A DNA stretch of 64,000 nt from Botryllus schlosseri (taxonomy: Eukaryota). The number at the start of each line of letters is the position of its first letter. Positions within the stretch are counted from its first letter, which is position 1. This document shows positions 39,140 to 50,186 of the stretch, piece by piece. The stretch is from assembly GCA_051294905.1 (NCBI GenBank), contig CM119371.1, positions 41,170,001-41,234,000 of the forward strand, in the 5' to 3' direction. The position numbers and the translations under genes were made by a program. The notes beneath the pieces were generated by a model that saw only the letters and a list, made by a program, of their open reading frames with translations, made no database searches and had not been told where the DNA came from.

Positions 39140-41260
39140 CCTTTGTGATTTGGGGGGGGAGGGAGGTTCTGATGCTCTGTCGATTTTAACTATTAAATTT
39201 CGAAATCAGTGCGACGATATCATTCGATTAATGAGGTGATGAAATTTTCTGAATAAACTAATATCAGCAGTTATATATTCTGAGCTGTTTTTGAATTAAT
39301 GACGCTATCCTAGGTGTTGCTTGGCGTTTCTGTGCCTTACTTCTCCCTCAACACTATATTTTGGAACAATAAATGTAAGTATGTGGTTTTGGGTGTATTA
39401 ATATGTTAACTATTTAGTCATTCATGAATGTCGTGATGTTATAATCATTTACGGTTTCACAATTGCCTTTTAGTCATCCTGACTGCAGGTGGGGCACTGT
39501 GTTGTTTGACCGAACATATGAATCACGGACTGCTACTATTCACCGGCATAAGATACATATAAGTCAAAAACAACTCACGTATCACATTTATTATTAATTT
39601 ATCTTGATCAAAACATCACGAAACTGCAATACAATGACAAGTTGAGGCATGCACATTGCACACTTAATGAAAGTAATAGAAGAGAGCATAAAAAGGATAA
39701 GGGTGAAAATAAGGTGGCGCGTGTCGAGGTCGATATATTTAGACATTGGGTCTGATAATATTGAATTTCTCCATCGCAAAAGTAGCTGAAAGTACAGTGC
39801 CTCATGTAAAGAAGCCTTTGCATCAGCAGATAAGCCTAATGGATCTTCTTTCCACAAAATGTATCGCAGCGACCATATTTCATGCCTGAAATAGCTTGTC
39901 AAATTGCTATTCGGTCGACCCAACGCCTTATCGAACCCCGTCCAAGCATAGTCATAAATACGCACGTCGGTTTGAAATAGATTCCATTGCTCTCATATAG
40001 TAGGCTTTCCATATGTCCTCGTTTATAAGGATTTGTCCTCTTTTTGACTTTTGGACGCCCTTTTGTCCTCATTTTTGAAAATTTAGGTCAGATTTAGAGC
40101 AAATTGGGAGTGATATGCCGCAAATTAGCACAGAAGTGAAGCTCCGGCGGGTATTTCGGAGTGAAAAACGATGATTTCAGCTCGGAGCGAAAAGATGACC
40201 TTTTTTTTAGTTAACCGATCACAAAGTGGGAAAAATTAACCGGTTTTTGAGAATTCTACTCCGGTTTTGCAAGTTGCAAATTTCTGAAAAAGTATCCTCT
40301 TTTCAGATTTCCAAAATATGGTAAGCCGATCATATAGACACATTTAACCTAGATATAAAATACTTCGGAGCAATGAAATTCAATGCCTAAGAACGTCTAC
40401 AGCAGATAATGTAAGTCTCAACCGTCTTTAGATTTTGGAAAAGCTAAAAACTGAGCAAAATGGTAAGCAAGTAATCTCGCGTTTAGGACTGCTCGTTGTA
40501 ACCAAACCCACGGATCAGTGCCCTATTGTCATTATTGGTATGTAAACCCGTCTCTCCAAACATATTAATTTATACCCGACGCGTACATGAAAAGGAGAAT
40601 ACATAATAGGCTATAAATCCACATTCAACAGGTATTTATTTCCTGATAGGATGTGACAACGACCAAGTCACGTGTTCATAAAATCTTGACAGGTTTCATA
40701 AATGTCATTTCACAAATGAATGATACAATTCGATATGCTACAATTTTCATCATTTCAATACACTGCAAGACTGCGATACAGTGAAAGATAGAAAGGCGTC
40801 GAAACAACTCTGAGTAGTCTTTGAAATCAGACACCCACGTGGCCTAGACGATGTAAAAAGGAGGCATGCACACTGAATGACAAGTAAAAACAAGATAATA
40901 GAAAAAAACAGGTCACAAAAAAAGGTGGCATGTATCGAAAGGCGAGATCGATATGTCAGGTCGTGGACCGGTAGACTAGAGGATTAAAAGTATTTATTCA
41001 GCAGAAATTGTCAGTCTTTCAACTTGAATTCTCCATAATGCTACCATAAATAAAGCGACATACTTGACTAAATGTTTTGAAAATAAGACAGGTGGTTGGC
41101 CAGATGGGAGACTAATTTCGAGAACAGTAGCTTCCCTTCCTTCCATTACCCACAGATGATTGCTTTGAGTATATTTTTACACAAATCCCCACATCATTCA
41201 GTCATAGTAGCCAAATGAATTTTCATGTGGGTGTTGAAGTTGCTGCTTTGGGTAAATGTC
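39140..41260 (+). repeat. Segmental duplication, direct copy at 60939-63040
   Basis: About 2.1 kb nearly identical (duplicated spurious ORFs 39594-39965 / 61386-61757); covers 3' flank and last finger of ZNF copies 2 and 3. Confidence 0.95.
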
Positions 41261-42282
41261 TTGCCACAAATATTGCATTCATAGTTTCTTATGCCAGCAT
41301 GAGATTCCATATGGCGTGTAAGGGAACTGCCATGGGCAAGTTTCTTACCACAGAGTTCACAATTGCGATTTTTGACGCCAGTATGTACAGCCATATGCAT
41401 CTTCAAGTATGATTTCAATTTAAATTTATCATGACAAATGTCACATGTAAAATCTTTAACAGAGCTATGGAGTTTTATATGAGTATTAAGATGAACCTTC
41501 TGAGTGAACTTCTTCCCGCAAATATCGCATCTATAGTTCTTGGCACCTGTATGTATATCCATATGATGCTTCATGGATTTGATGTGCATCAATTCTTTCC
41601 CACAGATATCACACTTATGATATTTAGGTCTATCGTCGGCATGCGCATGTACAAGCATATGGTTGGTCAATGCAGACTTTAGAGAATACATTTTGTCACA
41701 GACATCGCATTTGTAATTCTTTATATTGGTATGGATGAGCATATGTGTCTTTAAACAGTATTTCCGAGCAAACTCCATTCCACAGATTTTGCACTGGAGA
41801 TCTTTGACGCCAATATGTACAGCAGCTATATGCCTCCACAAGCTGTTCTTGGAATATTCTTTTCCACAAACATCGCATTCGTGTTTGAGGCGAACATGAG
41901 ATTTTATGTGCATGAGGACGCCCATTTTGCGAGCGAAATTTTTCCCACAAATTTCACATTCATGATTTCTAATAGCAACACTAGCATGATTCGCTTCATG
42001 TTTCTTCAAGCCCCATTTTCGTTTAAAGCCTTTCCCACAAGTAACACATTTATGCAATTTTCGGCCAGTATGGCAAATCATGTGAATATCGCGGTTACCA
42101 TTTTGCGTGAATGTTTTCCCACAAATTTCGCATTCGTAATTCTTGACACCATAATGTATATCTATATGGTGCTTGATGGAGTTCTTGAATAATTCTTTTC
42201 CACATACATCACACGTTTCCTTTCGATGAAATTCTTCTCCCAAAACACCCCATGGCTGATTTGTTACACCGCCATTATCCAT
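41194..42282 (-). CDS. C2H2 zinc-finger protein copy 2, 362 aa, 12 fingers, no effector domain seen
   Basis: Uninterrupted ORF with 12 CxxC...HxxxH units and TGVKN/AGIRN-type linkers; acceptor-like CCAG near 42366; AATAAA at 40635-40640. Confidence 0.9.
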   Translation of the reverse strand: MDNGGVTNQPWGVLGEEFHRKETCDVCGKELFKNSIKHHIDIHYGVKNYECEICGKTFTQNGNRDIHMICHTGRKLHKCVTCGKGFKRKWGLKKHEANHASVAIRNHECEICGKNFARKMGVLMHIKSHVRLKHECDVCGKEYSKNSLWRHIAAVHIGVKDLQCKICGMEFARKYCLKTHMLIHTNIKNYKCDVCDKMYSLKSALTNHMLVHAHADDRPKYHKCDICGKELMHIKSMKHHMDIHTGAKNYRCDICGKKFTQKVHLNTHIKLHSSVKDFTCDICHDKFKLKSYLKMHMAVHTGVKNRNCELCGKKLAHGSSLTRHMESHAGIRNYECNICGKTFTQSSNFNTHMKIHLATMTE

Positions 42283-45096
42283 AAGTTTAGTCCAGGAGAT
42301 ATAACTCTTGCCAACAAATATTAAACTTCCGAGTATATTCTTCCTCAGAAACTAGCAAGCAAAACCTGGATCACACAGAAGAGAAGAACACATTTAAGAA
42401 AGGGCATTTCATTTTCTACCAAATATTTCAGAGGAAACGAATACTGTACAGTAGTGGTTCCCAGACTTTTCACATTTTGGCACACTCGAGAAATGATATA
42501 AGACTCTCTCGGTTATGGGTCTGTTTGCGTTAATACGAATTGACATACACGACTGAAACGAGATTGCATTGTTGACAAACCTGGCACCATTTCGGTCGGC
42601 AGCCAAAGATTCAAAGTTTATGCAATTTTCGTGGGAACATTGCTTCAAACATAGATAGCCAAGTAAATCTATATTCTCAACTTTGAATATACCTGTGGTT
42701 CCTACACTTTTTCAGCTTGTGGCACCCTAGAAAAATTATACCACGTTCGAAAGATATATACAACAGAAGGAAGGTTGCTTTAAAAGAATTTATTGCTATA
42801 CCCGCTAATGCAGTGGCGGGTAACATATAGGCCCGCGGGGCGGATCTGGCATGCGACTGGAATTTGAGTGGCCCGTAGACACTTTCCGGTGGTCCGCGTA
42901 TCCATACATGTGCGCATAGTCGCCTACTTTTATTTTTACATGGGGTGGCGAGATTGAAAAGGGAAGGGGTTTAAAAATTGTTCAAACTTACCAAGTTAAC
43001 ATCAATTTATTACTGTTAAATACATGGGTAAATGCCCATAATACATGAATAGGATTTACGCGTATAAGTACGCATAAGCTTGCCAGCGAGTCTAGCGGTC
43101 AATTAGCGATTCTTCGATCTTGCTTCAATATCAAACATTTACCAACACGCACGCCTGCACGCGAAAAATTGAATACGCAACCTCGCTGTCTACGAACTAT
43201 TTCACAAATTAATGTGATTGAAGTCTGCTGTGGAATCTGCTCTGTGATGGCACCGATTTCAGGTGATTCAGGCCTGACGTATCTTCTGATAACTCGGCCT
43301 TAAGCCTTAACACACATCTTCTGATGTTCTAGTGATAGCACTAATCAATTACGTCCGTACGTTAGAGTTGTTCAATGTTCATGGCCCATTGCGCAGATTC
43401 AAAGTTATTCAATTTCACGCTTTCAGTCTTGCTGGAGCAACAATCGCATAAGTAGAGATAGCATGCAAATCATGCGAGGCCTGTGGCAGTTACTACAATT
43501 TAAGGCCAGCGGTGTTATCGCATGCGCCAGTCCTACTGTGGTAACGATATCCGGCCTAGCCTGCACGCGGACGCGCAAATCAAAGACGTGACGATGGTGA
43601 AAATCAGATGTCAATGACCCATTTCACATACAAATGATTCTCGCTAATTTGCAGTACGCAGCATCGATAACGCGAATTAGTGGATTGGCATTTCAAAAGG
43701 AAGCTATTACTAGTTTTAAATGAGAAACATCCTGACTCCGAACGTAGGTATGGTTTTAATACCGGCACGCGCTGGTTAATATCAGCCCGGGGCCTACAGC
43801 CAACGTAGGCCCCGATCAGTCAGTCGAATTTGATCGTGAAACGGTACTATTTTAATTACACAGGCGTTATTGCAACAAGGGCAATATGGGCGCATGCCGC
43901 GACCATATCAATAGAAATACAAATTCCAGTAGTTTGAAATCCGCGATGTGGTTGCGCTCGATACAGTCCGTCCATCAATGAGGTCCGTTGGAACATGGAA
44001 GGCTCCCGTTCAAACTAATCGAATGAATTCAGAATTTGGGCCACAGATAGTCTTGTGTTGCATCAATATTTGACAACGTGATTCAACGCCGTACATTGCA
44101 CAATGCGCAGTATCAATAACAAATCAAACACTGACAACTAACATCGCGGGAATATGAGTATATAAGCAGACAAGAATTTGTAGTCTACAGATGTTAGCGA
44201 ACGAGAAAGCGCGCTGCGCGCATCTAATCAGTAATTCCTCAACTTGCGTACGGCGCATTGGGGATCCGAATCTGACAACGCGACAATTGTTTTACTCATT
44301 ATAACGACGTTTAAGCTGCATTGCTGCTTTTCCCGATAAAAGCTGGTTTGTCAGAGTATTGTACGGTGAGCACAACTATAATAAAAAAACAAAGAATTGG
44401 TCACCGTAAATACTATTTTATTCAAATCCAAGTTTTACGACGGCAATAACTCCGCTTCCACTGGTTGGAATTGAACCAAATTTGGTGAGCATCGTTTCTA
44501 TAGACAGCCTAACACTTTCATGGGGTGAACAGGAAATTTTCAAATTTTATAATATTTATTTTTATATGATAAATAAAAACTTTATTCTCCTGTAACAAAG
44601 CGGTTACCGGCTGGAATTGAACCAAATTTTGTGTGTAGGCTTAAATTAGGTAACCCAACAGTTTGATTTAGTAGCCAGTACGATTTGAGAAAAAAAGTCA
44701 TTTGTGAAGAGCCCTAATGCGCACTTTGGGCAGAAATGACTTTGAAGTCGCAGGCATACACAAACACACCGTCCTATTTCGCGCTCCAGTTAAAGCGACT
44801 ATCACTATCAAGAATTATTTTGTGAACGAATATGCGCGCAAATATAATTTAATGTGAACGTGAATTCGCTCGTCTGGTCGAGAGAGAAGATGGTGTTTCT
44901 CTGCGCAGGCCGCAGACTCGTCGAAATCGACCATAAACGAGGTCGCTTCGATTGTCTCATTATCAATACTAATCACGGACCACAATCTATTGGGGCGTTT
45001 TAGCACGAGTTCGTCGTCTCTATTCACGCGTGCGTATTGGTTAATCGTAAATAGTTGACATTTGTGCGATAACACGGACTCGCTTATTAACATCGA

Positions 45097-45808
45097 CAGG
45101 GCTGGGCACGATGATTCGAGTACTCGAATCTGAATCGAGTATTAATTTTAATGATTCGAGTCGAGTAGTAAAAGACGATTTTTTCGAGTAATGAAATTAG
45201 ACGTTTTTCGTCACTGCAAGCTAATTTGCCAACGAGAACTGTAGTTTCGATACCATTTTCTACCCTGAAGCCTTGAAACCTTGATTGGCCTATCGCAGCA
45301 TACGAAAGATATAGTACAAAGCTACGAAGGTTTCCGGAAATAACACATTTCCGAAGTCATGGTTGTACCACAGCATTGTCACGAGGTGCAACGAAATCGG
45401 TATGGTCGGAAAAGTACCAAAGCATCTTTCGTGATGCATAACAAGCATTATATTTTTTGTGGTGGCATAAAAGATACTTATTTGAACTTGGACATCTCAC
45501 ATACTGTTATGACGTCATAATTAGTGATACTCGACTACTCGACTCGACTCGAAGCATAATACGTGATTCAGAATCGAATCACCCAGGTACTCGATTTTGC
45601 CCAGCCCTAATTATCATAGTCACTATTCCCGAATACCTGCGGTAGGCCATGGTCTGGTCTGGCCGTTTTCTGATAGCATAGTGGTGACAATAAGCGCGGC
45701 ACGGGTTCGATTCCCGTCGGAGGTTTAATATCTGGGCTTCTCTTCCCTCGCCGTTCTGACGGCGACAAAAAAGCGCAGAAAACGACCCGACGAATTTGCC
45801 CAGCCCTA
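45097..45808. mobile_element. AGGGCTGGGCA-family MITE with two right ends; related element 56594-58412
   Basis: Left TIR CAGGGCTGGGCA; TGCCCAGCCCTA ends at 45609 and 45808; TSD AACATCGA/AACATCGT matches the outer end. Confidence 0.8.
45667..45723 (+). pseudogene. tRNA-derived fragment lacking a complete anticodon arm
   Basis: A-box TAGCATAGTGG, perfect T-arm ACGGG-TTCGATT-CCCGT, imperfect acceptor pairing; only ~57 nt. Confidence 0.55.
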
Positions 45809-46119
45809 AACATCGTTGATGATCTGGTTTGCGTCGTTGGGCTGATGTCGTGTCGCAGACGAAGGGTGTTCAATCATTTTGCATGACGTGGCCACCCCGT
45901 AACTCGGCGCCTATGCATGTGCGAGCAAACATTTTCGACCATGAACATTAACAAAACAAAGCTGCGTTACTATCAAACTGATACTCACGTACAGTCTTTA
46001 CTAAGGGTTTCTACGTCCGACTTATAAGGCTAGGGTTCAACAGCGCTAGGGTTCATCGACCACACATGTCTCATTGAGTTCAACCGCTATTGAAGGACAT
46101 CACCTTCTTAAATTGCGTG

Positions 46120-46778
46120 TGACGAGACAGCGTATCGGTATAATCCACAACTGCAACATCAATGGATTGCATGTTCGAGGTCAACTCCAGAATTCCTTGG
46201 AAGGTTATTTAACTGAAGGCTCCTCCTCACCATCTCATCCCCGTCAGCGGTGTCTTATGAAAGCCTAGAAGGGAAGCGATTAGCGCAGTGTGCGGTTGTT
46301 GGTTCGAGTCTCGGCTCTACCAAATCTCTCTGTGTCGGAGGTTTGTCTGGGCTCCTCATTGCCGACCTCGCTGCGATTGCAGTGTCTTAAAATGCCCAGG
46401 AAGTACAACAGTGAGCCGAGCTGGAAAGTCGACGCCAAAGCACCGATGAATGAATGCGTATAAAAGAGAGGGAGAGAGAGAGACTGATTCTTGGAAAAAA
46501 GAGAGCAAGAATGAGTGCCAATAAAAGAAAATGCGTAGAACTGTTGAAATGACCATTGTGCCATTGTCGTGGCTCGTGGAGCACGAGGACGAAGCCTCAT
46601 AAACCTATAAGCACCACTGTCTTATCTTATCAATACGATACAATGAAAGCCTAAGAGCGGGCCGTAGCCTACATGCTCCAAGTCAGCCTGTACAGAATAC
46701 AAATGATAAAAATTAGCCTAGCGTAAATGATCGTAGTAGTCGAGAAACACCAGGAATACCACAAACAACAACAACAAC
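46120..46778 (+). mobile_element. tRNA-derived SINE, full length, interrupted by ~370 bp of unrelated sequence
   Basis: 46120-46268 aligns with the head and body of the 33630-34803 copy; resumes ~46643 with repeated ATGAAAGCCTA; (AAC)n tail. Confidence 0.65.
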
Positions 46779-47159
46779 GTTACAATATTCGTTTAATTCT
46801 GTTTTTGGTTTCTGTAAACTGTAGTGTAAACTTGAAGTTTACATCAAATACGACTTATTCCCTGTATAGGCGGATAAATCTTCGCTTGATATACCGATTC
46901 AGGAATCCGGCCCCAAGGTACTTCATCTTAGCTTTCAATACAACATCCATTGCAGGAAAATATTTTTTCAAATCGAAGACTTTTCGGGAGCCTCTTTCCA
47001 AGAGTTAACGGCATACTGAAGGGATTTAAGCAGAATGAAAAGCAAAACCCAAAAGGCAACGTATGACGCAACAATCAAAAATTACATACCGTATGAAGTC
47101 CGCAATGTAACAATGACAACAATAATAAACTTTGAACTGTTATGACGATTATCAACTAT

Positions 47160-47363
47160 CAAGCATACGCTTTGTCAATCGGCCAACATTTAAGTGACAA
47201 CCCTTCTTGTGCTCAAAACTATATTGACCAAATGTTTACTGTCATTGCGCGAGGCAGATCCTTGTTTGATTTGAAAATCTTAGAATCAACAATCATCCAA
47301 TTGCCGAAGCCTATTTTATGTAAACAGAAAGATTCTCTGTACAACTTACAAATTTCCCATTAG
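47160..47363 (+). mobile_element. Penelope-like element remnant, GIY-YIG-region C-terminus
   Basis: SIGQHLSDNPSCAQNY...FTVIARGRSLFDLKILES.II...KPILCKQK matches the recognisable C-terminal pattern of Penelope-like ORFs. Confidence 0.75.
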
Positions 47364-47801
47364 CGAGTTCTAATTCGTGTTCGTTATTGTTTAATTTCCA
47401 ATTGCTGTTACTATAGTACGATTTCCAGTAAACTCGACCCGCGGGAAACTCGGCCCGGTAAATTCGGCCCGCGGTCATTTCAGCCCTCGGTAAATTCGGG
47501 TTAGGGGTTAGGGTTCGGGCCAGGGTAACAATAACAGTTACAATAACATTACCTAACCCTAACCCCTAACCTCCAAATCACTTGATAATAATATAATTAT
47601 GTATTATAATTCACATTATTAGTTCGTGATTCAATTTTACATAAAATTCTCCAAGGGCCGAATTTACCGATTGAAAAGCCTAGAGATGGGCCGTGCTATA
47701 AGTCGGCAGTTACGGAAAATAAGAAGAATATCGGCCAGGTGTAAATGACCATAGTCGTCGACAAACACCATGAATACCCCCAAACAAACAAAAACAAACC
47801 G

Positions 47802-49443
47802 CAGGGGTGGGCAAACTACGGCCCGCAACACCGCTCTGTGCGGCCCACGAGAGTCTAAAGAAACTCTTGAAAATATTGATAGAATGCGTACTAAAAATCG
47901 GGACTTGATTAAAAATTTTCTTAGTTTATTTCATCGTCATAATTCTAAGGCAGTGGTTCTCAAACTGGGGGCCTGGAAGCATCCGAAAGGAGTGCGAAGC
48001 TGAGCTCAACTGAAATTTTTTATCGTGCTCCGCGCAATTTACATCCAAGTCATAATTATTGCTATGTATTTAGCCTGGATTTCATTCTTTAAAATCTCTT
48101 ATCCCCAGTCGTAATCTTTTATGCCATCAAACTATCCGTTAGGTTTGCTGGCACCGTGGTTGCTTTTTGTGATATGATGTTAAAAGGGGGCGAGAAATCT
48201 TTCACCATCATAAGGGGGCGTTTCTTGAAAAGTTCGAGAACCACATTTCTAAGGTAAGTATACTTCCTATAATATTTTCATGTCCAATTTCTGACGCGAC
48301 AGCCCGATCTCAAGGCCCACACAGTTTAAAAGGTTTCAACTGCTAAATATTACAGAAATCCTGAACGAGAGTGACATAATTCGGATCACGAGTGTTATTT
48401 CAGATTGGTAACTTCAGTTTTAATTAGTTCAGTGATGTCCTTATAAAAACGATTCGCACGTGTCTTAGGTAGATTCGTTCTCCGCATGCGTAGAATTAGG
48501 GTATTTAGATTTTATCTACACGCAATAGAAGCGTGTTCGAAGCTAACATGGTTGGTTATCATGCTGTCAGCATTGTGCGTCCTGGAACTGAACCAAAAGT
48601 GGACTAAGTCAATATATGAACAGATCGCTGCTCACTGATTTAAATTTCAATCTACCGTAGTTTTATGAATCGGGACAACCGACTTTTTCATCACTTTAGG
48701 TTTGACATATTGGTTATTGAGGTCGACCAGCCTATGAAATCTCGCCACTATTTCTGACGCGTGTACGATATCATCAAAGCAATGTTTGTTTTGTCTTAAA
48801 TAAGCAAATATATTATCTTCATGTCCTCACCATATAATCAAATACCAATATTGCGTTTCGGTTTATAATCCCAATTTTAAAAAGCTTCTGGGAGGTAAAA
48901 AACTTTAATATACAATTGAATTGTATATTGATGTTGAAATGAAATGAGCCCGACTATTTTCGGCTGACACTCGTCTGGGGTAATCGAAAGCAACTAGTAG
49001 AGAATTTGAGAGAACATTGTATATCAACAGTCGTATCACGAAATATGACGTCACCAGCATGTGATGAGATCCCAAATAAGAGAGCGTACTATTTTAAGAT
49101 GGGACACGAAATTCTTCCGTAGACGAAGCTTGGGCTGATGTATTTTGATAAAGGTTGATTCCAAGGCACTCAGGTGAAAAAGTGTGAGCGGCCCCTCCCG
49201 AAGACGGGAAATCTGTCGTCTTGATAATTTTTCGCGCAAGCTGGATTATCCAACAGGTGTTTGCCAGAATTTACGGCCTTTGAACGCTCAGCCTCCAGGT
49301 TAAGTGGAGGAGTCAAGGGTGGGCTTTTCACGGAGCGTGATTAACGTGTTCTGATAAATCTAGGGACAATTTTATATAGTGCGGCCTGCGAATGGATTCT
49401 GATGTTGAATGCGACCCGCGAGCTCAAATGTTTGCCACCCCTG
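47802..49443. mobile_element. Old hAT-type MITE containing a nested MITE and a Penelope remnant
   Basis: Ends CAGGGGTGGGCAAAC / GTTTGCCACCCCTG; TSD not recognisable. Confidence 0.6.
48905..49370 (-). mobile_element. Penelope-like element 3' remnant with 3'UTR; UTR copy at ~26355-26492
   Basis: GKHLLDNPACAKNY..RF...GRGRS (frameshift) FHLSALESTFIKIHQPKL; downstream non-coding part matches 26355-26492. Confidence 0.8.
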
Positions 49444-50186
49444 GCCTACCCTGACCTCCAAATCACGCGATATTAATATAATTATGTAATTAATTCACAT
49501 TAATAGTTGGAAATACATTTTTATACAAAATTCTCCGAGGGACTAAAACGAGGGCGCAGACTAGATGACCTATCGTATCGCCGTATCGCAACTCCGTCGT
49601 CAAAGCATCTCGATGGTGCAGGCGAAAAAGAATATCATATCTCTCTCTCTCAATCAGGGGGGCTGACCAAGTGCTGTTACGGCCCGGCGAACAAGTAGCC
49701 ATTAAAGACAGCAACTGAGATGCATACATCCCATAATCACACCTGATACAGCAGCCATTCACATTGCCATTCACAGACGAGTATAAGGACTCCCTTTTTC
49801 TCTAGAATGCTAACCCAAGCTTCGCATTTCAAGCCGTTCCGAACAGTTGCATACATATGCATACTTATGACTACTATGTCTCCTACCCCTAGATAAACCT
49901 ACTAGCACGCAGCAATCTTCATGGACACACTCCGCAGCCAAACTCTTATTGAACCCGCTCAAACCGACTCACCAAGCCAGTTCCAGCAACAAGCCCACAA
50001 CCACGTGCTGAATAAATACCCAGCGGCAATACAGAACATTCTGGAAGCCTGGCATGCGATTACCACATGAAGAAAAAGTCACTCGTCAAATAATGGAACG
50101 TACAACACTAGTTATATGGGTCTACGAAATAAGCGTGCACGGTACGCGCCATAACTGCAAAGTTTATCGATCAAGTCGCTACTAAG

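Noticed and set aside
39594..39965. 123-aa ORF conserved at 61386-61757
   Set aside because: Conservation is explained by the recent duplication; non-ATG start and no recognisable domain.
45667..45723. Functional tRNA gene
   Set aside because: Too short, no complete anticodon arm, acceptor stem out of register.
49790..50080. Possible third Penelope remnant (FKPFRT, ILEAWH)
   Set aside because: Motifs too short and frame-broken to call without a profile search.
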